64,000 nt of DNA from Candidatus Bathyarchaeota archaeon (GCA_963739305.1 CAVTZU010000013.1:64001-128000); one strand, 5' to 3'; counted from the stretch's first letter, positions 48,844 to 60,005 are shown. The notes: a model not told the origin generated them from the letters alone. Numbers and translations: made by a program.

Positions 48844-50013
48844 GTGAGAAAAGTAGCGGTAATCGGAATCGGAAATTCCAAGTTTGGAGTGAGACAAGAC
48901 GTCAACATTTCTGAGCTTGCCTTTGAAGCAGTAAAACCTGCTCTTGAAGATGCAAGCGTAGAAGCACGCGACATACCTTTCGTGGCTCTCGGCTCGGTTG
49001 GAGCTGGCGCTTGGTATGAAGAACTGCTCCCTGCAGTAGTAGTTTCAGAGTACTGCGGCATGACAGGGGCAGGTCTCGTGCGTTGCGAAGCAGCATGCGC
49101 CAGTGGTAGCGCAGCATTTTTCACCGCTTACTCGGCTATAGCCAGTGGTCACGCAGACGTAGCCATGGCAATGGGTGTTGAAAAGATGCGGGAAATTGAC
49201 TCTGCAACAGCCATGGAATGGATAGGCCGTGCAGGCTACTATCTCTGGGAGTTTCACAATTTCGGCGTGACTTTCCCTGCTTACTACGCGTTGCATGCCA
49301 ACGCTCACATGGCCAAGTATGGAACAACCGAGGAAGACTTGGCGCTGGTCGCTGTCAAAAACCACAAGTACGGCTCAATGAACCCGATTGCGCATCTTCA
49401 AAACAGAGTCACAGTTGATGATGTCATGAATTCAATGGTCATCGCTTCGCCCTTGAAGCTTTACGATTGCTGTCCTTTGACCGATGGAGCTTCAGCATTG
49501 GTTTTAGCGTCTGAAGAAAAGGTAAAGGAACTCGGCGTCGACATGCCAGTGTGGGTGGCTGGAATCGGCTATTCTTCGGGAACAGCAAACCTCAGCAAGC
49601 GCAACAGTTTCGTAGGGTTGGAGGCAAGCGTCCAAGCTTCGCAAAGAGCATTCAAAGCCGCAGGAATAACGCCCGGTCAGGTTGACTTTGCAGAGGTGCA
49701 CGACTGTTTCACAATAGCTGAGATCATGGCCTACGAGGACATAGGGTTCTGCGGCAGAGGTGAAGGAGTCAAGCTTCTACGTGAGGGACAAACTGAAATC
49801 GGCGGCAAAATCCCTGTTAACATGGACGGTGGCTTGAAGTCAAAGGGTCATCCGATCGGGACAACAGGGTGTTCGATGATATATGAAATTGCGAAACAAC
49901 TGCGAGGAAAAGCCGAAAAAGGTAGGCAGGTTCCGTTGAAAAACAACATTGGACTCGCACATAACGTCGGCGGAACTGGTCACTATTGCTACGTCACCGT
50001 CCTCCGGAGGTGA
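48844..50013 (+). CDS. Thiolase (archaeal SCP2-type acetyl-CoA acetyltransferase)
   Basis: EAACASG, CCPLTDGA, AEVHDCF, GGLKSKGHPIG, HNVGG. Confidence 0.95.
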   Translation: MRKVAVIGIGNSKFGVRQDVNISELAFEAVKPALEDASVEARDIPFVALGSVGAGAWYEELLPAVVVSEYCGMTGAGLVRCEAACASGSAAFFTAYSAIASGHADVAMAMGVEKMREIDSATAMEWIGRAGYYLWEFHNFGVTFPAYYALHANAHMAKYGTTEEDLALVAVKNHKYGSMNPIAHLQNRVTVDDVMNSMVIASPLKLYDCCPLTDGASALVLASEEKVKELGVDMPVWVAGIGYSSGTANLSKRNSFVGLEASVQASQRAFKAAGITPGQVDFAEVHDCFTIAEIMAYEDIGFCGRGEGVKLLREGQTEIGGKIPVNMDGGLKSKGHPIGTTGCSMIYEIAKQLRGKAEKGRQVPLKNNIGLAHNVGGTGHYCYVTVLRR

Positions 50014-50019
50014 AGATAA

Positions 50020-50448
50020 TTGTCCTCAATGCCGTCGATAAAATCGAGAGAAATCAAGATAGTTCAGGAGATCCCGATAAGTAAAGAGCTCAAATTCTAC
50101 GAGGGACTGAAGCAAGGAAAAGTGTACGCAACCAAATGCAAAGACTGCGGCAAGATCTATTTCCCGCCAAACGTTGATTGCGCAGAATGCCTAACAACGG
50201 GACTTGATTGGGTTGAGCTGAGCAGTGAGGCGGAAATCGTGACCTTTACGCATGTGGTGGTAAGACCGACCACTTTCCAGCAGCAGAAGCCCTACACAGT
50301 TGCTATTGGCAGGTTGAACGAAGGTGTCAAGGTGCTTGCGTGGCTCACTGGCTTCAAGCTTTCAGAAATCAAAGTCGGAATGAAAGCCAAACTGGTGGCC
50401 AAGGTCACGCCTGAAGGAAACGCAACATACGAGTTCATCCGTCCGTAA
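50020..50448 (+). CDS. DUF35 Zn-ribbon/OB-fold protein (thiolase partner)
   Basis: KCKDCG..YFPP..DCAEC; directly follows the thiolase. Confidence 0.92.
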   Translation: MSSMPSIKSREIKIVQEIPISKELKFYEGLKQGKVYATKCKDCGKIYFPPNVDCAECLTTGLDWVELSSEAEIVTFTHVVVRPTTFQQQKPYTVAIGRLNEGVKVLAWLTGFKLSEIKVGMKAKLVAKVTPEGNATYEFIRP

Positions 50449-50559
50449 AGCGGATCAAATCAGCAACATGCCAATAAGAATCCAAGCTTCTGCCCTCTTT
50501 TCGCGACGTCCGCTCGAACGACGAGATCGCGCTGACGGGCGTTACGGCTACGACAACCT

Positions 50560-50937
50560 TCATTCAGAAGAGGCGATGACATCCATTTCGATAAGCCATT
50601 CTGGCGCTGGTAAGTGGGCCTGAACTGTTGTTCGTGCTGGAGGATGGTCTTTGAAATAGGCAGCATAGACTTCATTCATTTTCTTAAAATCCTTCATGTT
50701 TTTAAGGAAAACGCCCACTCTAACTACGTTGCCTAGAGACATGCCTGACGCAGCAAGTATTGCCTTCAAGTTCTCTATTGTCTGCTTTGTCTGAATCTCG
50801 ACGTCACCATCAACTACTCTTTTGGTTTTGGGGTCGAGAGGAGCTTGTCCTGAAACGAAGAGAAAACTCCCTGCCTTTATGGCTTGAGAATAGGGGCCAA
50901 TTGGCAACGGGGCTTTTTCGGTCTTGATGACGTTCAA
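50560..50937 (-). CDS. ridA: RidA/YjgF enamine-imine deaminase
   Basis: APLPIGPYSQA, FVSGQ, MNEVYA.YF, PARTTV, IEMD. Confidence 0.95.
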   Translation of the reverse strand: MNVIKTEKAPLPIGPYSQAIKAGSFLFVSGQAPLDPKTKRVVDGDVEIQTKQTIENLKAILAASGMSLGNVVRVGVFLKNMKDFKKMNEVYAAYFKDHPPARTTVQAHLPAPEWLIEMDVIASSE

Positions 50938-51138
50938 ATCGATTTCCTCACTTTTCTAGCGTAACTAGCTCGAAACCAATTAAAGCGTTTTCCAAGAGAG
51001 ACTTTCAAAGGTCAACTCGCGAGTCCGTTTTTCCTAGGTCATGGAGATATACAGATTAGAAGCGAGGTCTTTTCAACCTTGTCGGCGGATACCGCTGAGC
51101 GAATTCAAAGAGAGGATAAAAAGGAAACAGCGTAAACG

Positions 51139-52279
51139 CTATGCAGTCTCTTCCTCTTTGACTACGATCCCTCTCTTCTTCATCTCACCGATGAATCTCT
51201 CAAACAATCGTTCGTTCATTCCGAGTTTTTCAGGAGGGATAACTCCTTTTTCCTCGATTGCCTTCTGCGCTAATAATTGTGCCACGATGGAAGTCGAGTA
51301 AGCTGTTGTTCTGGCCATCGAGGTAACTTGGCGCTCCTTGTCATAATGATCAAACACATGATAAACATGTCCAATGTGTCTTCCATCTTTTTTGCCGCTC
51401 ACTTTGACGCGGATTACGACGATGTCGGGAATTTTCCTTTTCAATTTCCGAGCAAAGAGGTCCGCGGTGACTTCTCTGGGTTCGACTTTCGCTTTGCCAA
51501 TTTCAATGGCATCCGAATCAAAGAACCCCAGTGCCTTGAGGAGCTTTATCTTCTCTACGTGTCCCGGGTACCTCAACGTCTTTTCCCACATATCTTTGGC
51601 TTTTATCGTATAGAGCAGTGTTCTCAAACCATCCGTGTAGAAAGCCTCCAGCTTGCCGACGCCGGGGAAGTCTAGTTCTTCGAGTCCGCTGAGAGGTTCC
51701 ACTTGAATGATTTTCCCATCCTTCAGAATGTTCACCTTCCGAACGTACATGTCAATGAGGTCCTTCACCGACCATGTTATCACGTAACCTAATGGTGGCA
51801 CAGGAGTTTCTGGGAGTCCTCCATTCAACATGTACGCCTCTTCTACTTGGTCGAGTTTGCTGACTCCACGACCAACAAGCATGCTGCAGAGTCCTGGGCT
51901 CATTCCGCAATCTGGAATAATGCTAATACCCGCTTTGGAAGCGGCGTTGTTCAAAGACATCACATCTTCTGGCATGTAAGAAACGTCAACCATATCCACC
52001 TTGGCCGCGATAGAGGCCTTGCATGCTCGATATCCAAACTCGCCTGGCAATGCTCCCACAACCACATCGAAATTCTTCAGTCTTGTCGACAATTCCAAAT
52101 GCTTCGTCGCGTCGGCTTGTATCCAACCAAGATTCTTCAGACCAATATTCGAGATCGCATCTTGAGCATTGTTTTTATTTACATCCGCCAAGCACGATTT
52201 CAGCCGAAGGTAGGCTTTCAGCTAGATCCCTTGCGACGACTGTTCCTATGTTGCCGCAGCCTAAGACAACGATTTTCAT
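51139..52279 (-). CDS. Saccharopine dehydrogenase / lysine 6-dehydrogenase family protein, single-base frameshift near 52192
   Basis: ATG 52279 gives MKIVVLGCGNIGTVVARDLAESLPSAEIV (Rossmann motif) in a different frame from LADVN...; DCGMSPG, EAFYTDGLRTL, KTLRYPGH, SMARTT. Confidence 0.9.
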
Positions 52280-52296
52280 TTGGACACCGCAATGAT

Positions 52297-53166
52297 TTAT
52301 GAAAGACTCTCTTTATAGCTTCTCGCCGCGACTATTCTAGTCGCTAGCGCGCGAGGCGACGATGTCTGCAGACTCTTTATCCAATCCATTGTCTTCTGCA
52401 CCAATTCATCTTCTTTTCCCTTGAAAATGTGGTTCGTTGATTTCAAGATCACTAGACTTCTTGGATCATTTGCAGAGTTGAACACTGCCTCAGCCTCATC
52501 GACACCCACTATTTCATCTTTCTCGCCGTTCACGACAAGAAGAGGAATCCCCGACAGTTTTGACGCGGCTTCACACTCATCAAGTTTCATCAACTTCTCC
52601 CGCACATCTTTAGGACGCAGGTTGACACCGTAGACCTGCAGCTTGAAGATTTTCGAGACATTGAAGAGCTTGTCAATTCGAGAAAGGACAAGAAACCCGA
52701 ACAGACCAAGCCTGCCTTGAGTATTTCTAATGAATTTTCTAACGTTGTAATCGTGGTTCTTCGGAACCGACCACAGAGCGAGACCTCTGACTCGTTTTTC
52801 GTTGCGCAATGCATAGAGTGAGACTGCACCGCCTAGGCTATGTCCCACCACATAGATTCTGTCCTTGATTACATCCTCTCTTGAAGCGAGATAGTTGAGG
52901 GCGCACTCAACATCTTTCTGCTCCTTGACACCATAATCGAAGCTGCCTTTGCTCTCACCGACACCGCGAAAATCGAAAATCAAGGCAACAAAGCCGTTTT
53001 GGGCTCCGGCTCTTGCGAGCTGAGTGTAGATCTTCAGCTGGTGAAAACCTCTTGCGTTCAGGCCGTGACAGATCAGCAGCGCAGGAGCCGATGCAACGTC
53101 CGGAGAGTAGACTTCACCATAGAGCTCTGCGTCTTCACAATTGATCCACGTCTCCTCCTTCTTCAC
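52297..53166 (-). CDS. Alpha/beta hydrolase
   Basis: ICHG, FDFRGVGESKG, GHSLGG, NGEKDEIV, NHIF. Confidence 0.92.
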   Translation of the reverse strand: MKKEETWINCEDAELYGEVYSPDVASAPALLICHGLNARGFHQLKIYTQLARAGAQNGFVALIFDFRGVGESKGSFDYGVKEQKDVECALNYLASREDVIKDRIYVVGHSLGGAVSLYALRNEKRVRGLALWSVPKNHDYNVRKFIRNTQGRLGLFGFLVLSRIDKLFNVSKIFKLQVYGVNLRPKDVREKLMKLDECEAASKLSGIPLLVVNGEKDEIVGVDEAEAVFNSANDPRSLVILKSTNHIFKGKEDELVQKTMDWIKSLQTSSPRALATRIVAARSYKESLS

Positions 53167-53388
53167 TGCCCGTCCGACCTATGAAATCGTTTTTTCCCAA
53201 TGAGTGTGGCAACTACTCACTCATAAATTCCCCTCTTTTTTCCAAGTCTTCAAGTGAGGGTTCTAGATGGAATGTGAACTGAATCAAGTGAGAAAAAACC
53301 ATGCTAAGTATGGAAAAAATAGTTTGATATTGCTCTTCGGTGGAAAATATTATTACTGTTACGGTGCTAGTTAACAAGGGGGACTCTG

Positions 53389-55146
53389 TTGTCTTCTAGA
53401 AGAAAGAAGGTTGAAAAACCGGTTGAGAAACCAACCGTCCCAGAAGAACAGCCGAAGATTCAAGGTACGGAAAAACCATGGTTCAAGTTCTGGCCCGAAG
53501 GCGTTCCCAAGCACATAGATTTCCCCGAGGTCCCGCTTCACGAGCTGCTCCAAAAGACCGCCCGGGAGTTTCCTGAAAAAACTGCGATAGCCTACTTCGA
53601 CAAAGAAATGACTTACCGAGAACTCAATAATCTGTCCGACAAGTTTGCAGCAGCTCTTGACGGATTAGGCGTCAAGAAGGGTGACAAGGTTGCCATCTTC
53701 CTGCCCAACATTCCTCAATTCATAATCTCATACTACGGAATCATAAAAACTGGCGCGATCGAAACTGCAATAAGCCCGTTGTACAAGGAACGTGAGGTTG
53801 AACATCAACTGAACGATTCTGAAGCTGAAACGATCGTCGTTCTCGACGCGCTATATCCCATTTTGGAAAGAGTTCTAGCGCACACTAAGATCAAGAGAGT
53901 GATTGTGACCAGCTTGAAAGAGTATATGCCTTCAGCCAAGGCTTTTCTCGGTTCATTGTTGAAGAAGATTCCGTCACATAAGGTCGAACGTTCGTCGAAC
54001 ATCTTCTTCTTTCAGGAACTGCTAGGCAAGTATGGGGCAAAGCCTCCTGAAGTGGAAATTAACCCGAAAGAAGATTTGGTGGCCCTCCAATACACGGGAG
54101 GAACTACAGGTCTCGCAAAGGGTGCAATGTTAACTCATATGAACCTAGTATCAAACGCCGTGGCCTGCACCGAGTGGCTGAGGGGGACGGTGGGTTCAGA
54201 AACCTATCTGACGGTTCTGCCTCTCTTCCACATTTACGGAATGACCACCGGTATGAATTCGCCAATACACCAAGCAGCGAAAATGGTGATGCTTCCTCGT
54301 TTCGATGCAAAAAACACGTTGGAGGAGATTCAAAAACAAAGAGTCACGGTCTTTTGCGGGGCACCCACGATGTACGCACTGCTGTTGTCGCATCCCGACG
54401 TTTCGAAATACAATTTAAAATCCGTGCGGTTCTGCATCTCGGGTTCAGCACCACTACCTCCTGAGGTTCAAAAGAAATGGATGGACGTCACCGGTGGTGT
54501 TCTAGTTGAGGGTTATGGGTTGACAGAGTCATCTCCAGTGACCCACTGCAACCCGTTGGACAAATCTTTGAAAACCGTAAAAATCGGCTCAATTGGACTG
54601 CCTTGGCTTGAAACAGACGCAAAGATAATGGACATGGAAACAGGTCAAACTGAGCTTCCAGTTGGCGAGACGGGAGAACTGGCGGTCAAAGGTCCGCAGG
54701 TCATGAAAGGCTACTGGAAGATGCCTCAGGAATCAGCTGACGTCCTTCGAAACGGTTGGCTCTACACGGGCGACATTGGAAAAATGGACGGCGACGGATA
54801 CTTCTACATCACCGATCGCAAGAAAGACCTGATCAAGTACAAGGGCTACAGCGTGTACCCACGAGAGATTGAAGACGTTATTTATGAGCACCCAGCTGTG
54901 AAGCTGTGCGCGGTCATAGGCAAGCCAGACCCAGTGGCAAGTGAAATCCCCAAAGCATTCATAGTGCTGAAAGAAGGAAAAACGGCGACGGCGGACGAGA
55001 TCAAACAATTTGTCAACAGCAAACTGGCACCCTACAAAGCTATTAGAGAAGTTGAATTTCGAACCGAGCTACCAACTACCTTGGTAGGCAAAGTGCTCAA
55101 ACGAGTTCTCATGGAGGAAGAACGAAAGAAGGTTGAAAAGAGCTAG
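53389..55146 (+). CDS. fadD: Long-chain fatty acid--CoA ligase
   Basis: YTGGTTGLAKG, LPLFHIYG, EGYGLTE, WLYTGD, DRKKDLI, VGKVLKR. Confidence 0.95.
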   Translation: MSSRRKKVEKPVEKPTVPEEQPKIQGTEKPWFKFWPEGVPKHIDFPEVPLHELLQKTAREFPEKTAIAYFDKEMTYRELNNLSDKFAAALDGLGVKKGDKVAIFLPNIPQFIISYYGIIKTGAIETAISPLYKEREVEHQLNDSEAETIVVLDALYPILERVLAHTKIKRVIVTSLKEYMPSAKAFLGSLLKKIPSHKVERSSNIFFFQELLGKYGAKPPEVEINPKEDLVALQYTGGTTGLAKGAMLTHMNLVSNAVACTEWLRGTVGSETYLTVLPLFHIYGMTTGMNSPIHQAAKMVMLPRFDAKNTLEEIQKQRVTVFCGAPTMYALLLSHPDVSKYNLKSVRFCISGSAPLPPEVQKKWMDVTGGVLVEGYGLTESSPVTHCNPLDKSLKTVKIGSIGLPWLETDAKIMDMETGQTELPVGETGELAVKGPQVMKGYWKMPQESADVLRNGWLYTGDIGKMDGDGYFYITDRKKDLIKYKGYSVYPREIEDVIYEHPAVKLCAVIGKPDPVASEIPKAFIVLKEGKTATADEIKQFVNSKLAPYKAIREVEFRTELPTTLVGKVLKRVLMEEERKKVEKS

Positions 55147-55169
55147 CTAGGTTTCATTTTCAAGGACAG

Positions 55170-56708
55170 CTACACTGGTTCGTTTATCTTTTTTCCCGTT
55201 TTTCTTGTCCACTCCGCGATTGGCACTGCAAACTGTTTTTCAACTTCAGGCCTGTGGATGCTGTTGTACGTGCAGAAACACCTCACTTTACCGTCTGGCG
55301 TCACATAGTGAATTGCGCATTTCTGAACGCGGTCGAGGTCCATGTTCCAAACGTCTTGGAAGTGCATTATTCCGACCATGACAATTCGCCGCATCAACTC
55401 CCCGAGTGCCTTGTAGCTTCCCTTCGTGATGACGCCCCTAATCAAACCTCTCACGAAGTCGGATTTGGCCATAGGCAAAAGCTTCAGCATGTTCATTTTT
55501 GCCATCGTTTTCTTGCCTTTAGCTCCAGAATAGTAGACATCCCAGAATACTTCAGCAAACTTGTCAACGTCTACGTAATGCATTATAGGTTTGTATGAAC
55601 CATCTTTGTCGACAACCAGGAACGTTGCCGCTCCACACATCGGATGCATGGTGAACTCAGGATAGATTCTGTTTTTCACCTGTCCCAATCCTTTGGAAAC
55701 TGGAACAGGCCAGTTCACTGGTCTCCAGTCAAATCGTCCGATCGTGCCTTTTGTCTGTTTCTCAATCTCGTTTATCGTGTCAGGAATCGTTATTCGCATC
55801 TTGCGCATCTCTTCTCTGCGGGCTTTCCCAGCCATCGAAACAGGTTGAATGTTGACGCAGCGGACAACATCATGATTCTTGACGGCAAAATCTAGGATTT
55901 CGCCAATATCTTGGTCGTTGACGCCTTTGGCGTAGGTTACCACAAGAACGATCGAGTCTAAACCAAGCTTCCTTGCGTTCTCAAGGACTTTCATCTTTAT
56001 CGGGAGCATGCCACCTCTGGCTCGAGTTTTTCTGTATATCTCATCTCTTAACCCGTCGAATTGCAGGTAAAGCGTATTGAGACCTGCGTCAAGCAATTTC
56101 TTGAAGTAATCAACGTCTTCGGCGACACGGATCCCGTTGGTGTTGACCTCTACATGGTCTATTCCGGCTTTCTGTGCTTCTCGAATCAAGTCTGGCAAGT
56201 CGTTCCTCAGAGTGGGTTCTCCACCGCTAAACTGCAGTGCGTTACAAGCCCATGGACTGTTTGCCCTGAGCAGCTTGATCATGTCAACAATTTGCTCGTA
56301 AGTGGGTTCGTACACGTAGTTGGTCGCGCCAACATAGGCAAAACAAATTGGACACGCCATGTTACATCTGTTGGTAACGTCAATTATGCCCAAGATCGTC
56401 GGCGTCTTGTGCTGCGGGCAGATCCCACAATCGAATGGGCAACCTTCCGTCGTCTTGCTCTGCGGGTTTTCTAAGCCGCTACCCCAATACTTAGCGTTGT
56501 ACCAACTGTCGTAGAACCACTTGAAAAGCTCTGCATCTCCCCAATAGATATCATCAAACTTCCCATGCTCAGGACACGTTTTTTCCAGGTAGATAACGCC
56601 GTCTTCCTCGTAAATGCGCATCGGAATCTTCTTCATGCACTCTGGGCACAAGCTTGACGAGATTGTCTCGAACTTCTGGGATCTCTGAGTCTCTGGCATC
56701 TTCAACAT
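55170..56708 (-). CDS. tes: Tetraether lipid synthase (Tes/GDGT-MAS family radical SAM)
   Basis: N-terminal SLCPEC...KTCPEHG, GCPFDCGICPQH, DVTNRCNMACPICF, SGGEPT, YLQFDG, HPMCG, MHFQD...RVQKCAIHY...FCTYN. Confidence 0.9.
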   Translation of the reverse strand: MLKMPETQRSQKFETISSSLCPECMKKIPMRIYEEDGVIYLEKTCPEHGKFDDIYWGDAELFKWFYDSWYNAKYWGSGLENPQSKTTEGCPFDCGICPQHKTPTILGIIDVTNRCNMACPICFAYVGATNYVYEPTYEQIVDMIKLLRANSPWACNALQFSGGEPTLRNDLPDLIREAQKAGIDHVEVNTNGIRVAEDVDYFKKLLDAGLNTLYLQFDGLRDEIYRKTRARGGMLPIKMKVLENARKLGLDSIVLVVTYAKGVNDQDIGEILDFAVKNHDVVRCVNIQPVSMAGKARREEMRKMRITIPDTINEIEKQTKGTIGRFDWRPVNWPVPVSKGLGQVKNRIYPEFTMHPMCGAATFLVVDKDGSYKPIMHYVDVDKFAEVFWDVYYSGAKGKKTMAKMNMLKLLPMAKSDFVRGLIRGVITKGSYKALGELMRRIVMVGIMHFQDVWNMDLDRVQKCAIHYVTPDGKVRCFCTYNSIHRPEVEKQFAVPIAEWTRKTGKKINEPV

Positions 56709-56923
56709 CCCGAATTTTCAGGTACTACGTAAGCGTAGGGGCCGTTTATAAAGCATGAAGTGAGCGAATGCACACCTAGTGAAAGGCACGGAACCAAGGC
56801 TGAAGTGTCGTCATTAAGACGCAAAACTCACGAAGCGTGATGACAACCTGTTATAATATGCCAAAACCGCTCTTCAAGGCATCACAGCTTGGGTTTTTGA
56901 TCCTTTCAGATGCGACCTGACCG

Positions 56924-57448
56924 CTATCCATCAGTTGTCTCGTATTTTATGACTGAGAATATTTCATACTCGTTCCCGAGAGTCTCTCTCCCGTGAAGAT
57001 ACTCCAGCTCTATCAAGAATCCCATGCCAACGATTCTTCCGCCCAGTTTCTTGACGAGCTCCACATTCGCTTTGACCGTGCCGCCGGTAGCCAACAAATC
57101 ATCGATTATCAAAATCTTCTGACCGGGCTCGATGGCGTCCTTATGAATCTCAACAGTGTCGGCTTCGTATTCTTTTTGATAAGTGAAGCTAACAGACGTT
57201 GAAGGCAATTTCCCCTTTTTTCGTATAGGAACGAAGCCGGCCCCAAGCTCGTAGGCCAACGCACCTCCCAATATGAATCCTCTGGCCTCGCTCGAAACTA
57301 TCACATCAATATCTTTTCCTCGATAATGATCAGCCATCCGCTTGATGACTTCCCTGAAAGCTTTCTTGTCCTTTAGGAGTGTAGTTATATCCCAGAAAAC
57401 GACACCCTTGAATTCAGGTATCCGTCTTATCTTTGCCTTCAAATCCAC
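56924..57448 (-). CDS. apt: Adenine phosphoribosyltransferase
   Basis: FWDITTLL, EARGFI, IRKKGKLP, IIDDLLATGGT. Confidence 0.96.
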   Translation of the reverse strand: MDLKAKIRRIPEFKGVVFWDITTLLKDKKAFREVIKRMADHYRGKDIDVIVSSEARGFILGGALAYELGAGFVPIRKKGKLPSTSVSFTYQKEYEADTVEIHKDAIEPGQKILIIDDLLATGGTVKANVELVKKLGGRIVGMGFLIELEYLHGRETLGNEYEIFSVIKYETTDG

Positions 57449-57482
57449 TATTTCACTCCTCTTTTCTCTTTGACTTGCTCCA

Positions 57483-58268
57483 TCAGATCAGTGCGCTCTG
57501 CAGTGCATTCTTGCACTCACAACCTCTTTGTTCAGGCATAATTGAAATTGCCTGGATGATTATCCGCTTGACCTTTTCTATGTTTGCCTTCATGATTTTT
57601 CGGACATCGCCCGCGCTGACCGGATGGTCCTTCCAAACATCGTAGTCAGTCACTGTTCCTATGCACGCGTAGCAAATTTCGGCTTCTCGAGCGAGGACGC
57701 ATTCAGGAACAAGAGTCATGCCCACAACGTCTGCTCCCCACATTCTGTGCATTCGAGATTCCGCCTTCGTCGAGAATCTGGGTCCTTCGATGCAGACATA
57801 AGTTCCAGTTCTGTGCGCGTCAATTGCCAGACTTTCTGCGGACTTTATAAGAGTATGTCTCAACTCTGAGCACATCGGCTCGGCCACTGATATATGGCAC
57901 ACTCTTTTCCCCGCGTAAAATGATTCTTCTCGTTTGGTTGTTCTGTCTATGAATTGGTCGATGAACACGACATCTCCAGGCCTGAAATCTTCCCGCAAGG
58001 AACCAATCGTCGAGGGCGCAAGTATCCTCTTAACGCCGAGCTTCTTCAGAGCGAATATGTTCGCTCTGGAGTTCACGTCAGTCGGTCTAATCGTGTGCTT
58101 TTTCCCATGTCTGGCCAAAAAGGCCATTCTTTTTCCTTCTAGTTCGCCAAGAGTAATGGCGTCAGAAGGAGAACCATACGGAGTGCGCATCTTTATGTCC
58201 TTGGCGTTCCTGAGAAGTTTCGGGTCGTAGAAGCCAGTTCCGCCGATGATCGCGATTTCTGCTTTCAT
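57483..58268 (-). CDS. mtnP: 5'-methylthioadenosine phosphorylase
   Basis: IIGGTG, TPYG.PS, LARHG, DQFIDRT, EGPRFSTKAE, VGMT..PE, VTDYD. Confidence 0.95.
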   Translation of the reverse strand: MKAEIAIIGGTGFYDPKLLRNAKDIKMRTPYGSPSDAITLGELEGKRMAFLARHGKKHTIRPTDVNSRANIFALKKLGVKRILAPSTIGSLREDFRPGDVVFIDQFIDRTTKREESFYAGKRVCHISVAEPMCSELRHTLIKSAESLAIDAHRTGTYVCIEGPRFSTKAESRMHRMWGADVVGMTLVPECVLAREAEICYACIGTVTDYDVWKDHPVSAGDVRKIMKANIEKVKRIIIQAISIMPEQRGCECKNALQSALI

Positions 58269-58384
58269 GAAAGCCTAGTTCAAGTCTTCAATTTATAAGA
58301 ATAGCGACTTGAACCATTCGGCCCGCTTTAGTGTGCATCAGAAAATATATCTCGCAATAGCGCGAAGAGAATTCGGAGATCAGG

Positions 58385-59147
58385 ATGAAGAAGCACGTAC
58401 AGCCGCACATTAAGTGTGGGATTGGGGACGTTGCAAAGTATGTTTTGGTGTCAGGAGATCCTGGAAGAGTTGAGAAAATAGCAGCTCTCTTCGATCAGAA
58501 CCGCAAAGTTGCCGATTATCGTGGGTTTGTGACGTATACTGGGAGCACTGATGGAATAGGAATATCTGCGTGTTCGACTGGAATCGGCTGCCCGTCAGCT
58601 GCAATAGTCGTTGAGGAGCTTGCAAGAATCGGAGCGGAAACCTTCATCCGCGTCGGGACAGCAGGCGCCCTTCAGCCAGACGTCAAGATGGGTGACCTAG
58701 TTGTCGCGACTTCTGCTGTTCGCGCAGACGGAACTTCGAAGAAGTACGTACCGATAGAGTTTCCGGCAGTCGCAGATTTCACCGTAACGACAGCGTTAAA
58801 TACAAGCTGCGCAAGAGTTCAAACAAAAGGTTCACTTGGGTCCAGTCTTGACTACAGATGCTTTCTACGGCGATATCAACGATCTGAAGCTCTGGAACAG
58901 ACACAACGTTTTATGCGTTGAGATGGAATCCTCCGTGATTTTCACGCTTGCCCAACTTAGGAAGCTGAGAGCCGGAACGATCTTGGCAGTGGATGGTAAT
59001 CCGTTGATGGGTACTGGAAAAGGAGAAATTGAGCATGGTGAAAGAACCGGGGAAATGGATGAGCGCGTGCAAGCGGCGATCAAGAAAGAATCGCGGATAG
59101 CCATCGAAGCAATAAAGATTTTAGAAAACGACGTCGGAGACCAATAG
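58385..59147 (+). CDS. udp: Uridine/purine nucleoside phosphorylase, single-base frameshift near 58800
   Basis: SGDPGRV, STGIGCPSA, IRVGTAG in the first frame; TTDAFY, VEMES in the second; joined by an extra A in GCG TTA A ATA CAA. Confidence 0.88.
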
Positions 59148-59292
59148 TCAGAGAAAACTTGACAGATAGACTAAAGAAACATTCTTTGTTTTCCAGATTT
59201 CTTTTCCCAATTGAGATCAAAATTCAACTCTTGCCATTCGATTAGTGAAACCAAGAGATCGGTCGATTAGGTTTGTGAATTTCAGCAATCTT

Positions 59293-59946
59293 CTAGCGAA
59301 GGCTTGCCAGCTTTTCGCTGAACTCTTCTAGGCTGTGAACAAAGGTTTCTTCTTTGCACTGACCCGTCCTGTCCAAGTAGAAGGCACATATGCCCAATTT
59401 GCGGGGAACTTCATAGTCGAAAACTCGATCATCTCCCACATGGACCATTTCCTGCGGTTGGATCGCACAAATGCTGCACACTCTTCGGAAAACCTTGACC
59501 GATTTCTTCACGAGGCCGAAATCAGAAGTTGAAGAGAACACAGACTCAAAATACCGTCCAGTGTCCGTTCTCTCAATCTCAAGATCTACGAATTCTCTTC
59601 TAGCGTTTGAGACTATAATCTGTCTGAGTCCTTTTTCCTGAACCTTCTTCAAGGTTGCAAGCACTTCAGGGAATGTTCGAATTCTGTCCACGTAACGACT
59701 CAAGAGTTCTTTCGGGGAAACGTCTAGCTCGAACTTCTTTATCCAATAACGCAAGTCATACCAATCAAGCCTCTCTCTGCCGACCTTGTCGTACTGAAGT
59801 TTCACATCGGTCTTGGCATCTTCAAATGAAATGCCCTTTTTCAAAGCATAAAGGCGAGGGATACCCTCAAACCAAACCGAATCGACAAAAGCAGCGTCGG
59901 TAATCGTTCCATCCAAGTCAAACGATATGATTCTCGGGTTATTCAT
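59293..59946 (-). CDS. HAD-superfamily hydrolase
   Basis: FDLDGT, VSNA, HVGDD...D. Confidence 0.93.
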   Translation of the reverse strand: MNNPRIISFDLDGTITDAAFVDSVWFEGIPRLYALKKGISFEDAKTDVKLQYDKVGRERLDWYDLRYWIKKFELDVSPKELLSRYVDRIRTFPEVLATLKKVQEKGLRQIIVSNARREFVDLEIERTDTGRYFESVFSSTSDFGLVKKSVKVFRRVCSICAIQPQEMVHVGDDRVFDYEVPRKLGICAFYLDRTGQCKEETFVHSLEEFSEKLASLR

Positions 59947-60005
59947 TAGCGCTTAGACTTCCACGGATAACTTTAGATCCCACTGCACGAGCACTGCTGT
60001 GTAGT

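Noticed and set aside
44160-58810. Programmed ribosomal frameshifting in etfA, the dehydrogenase or udp
   Set aside because: No slippery heptamer or stimulatory structure, and no precedent I know for these genes.
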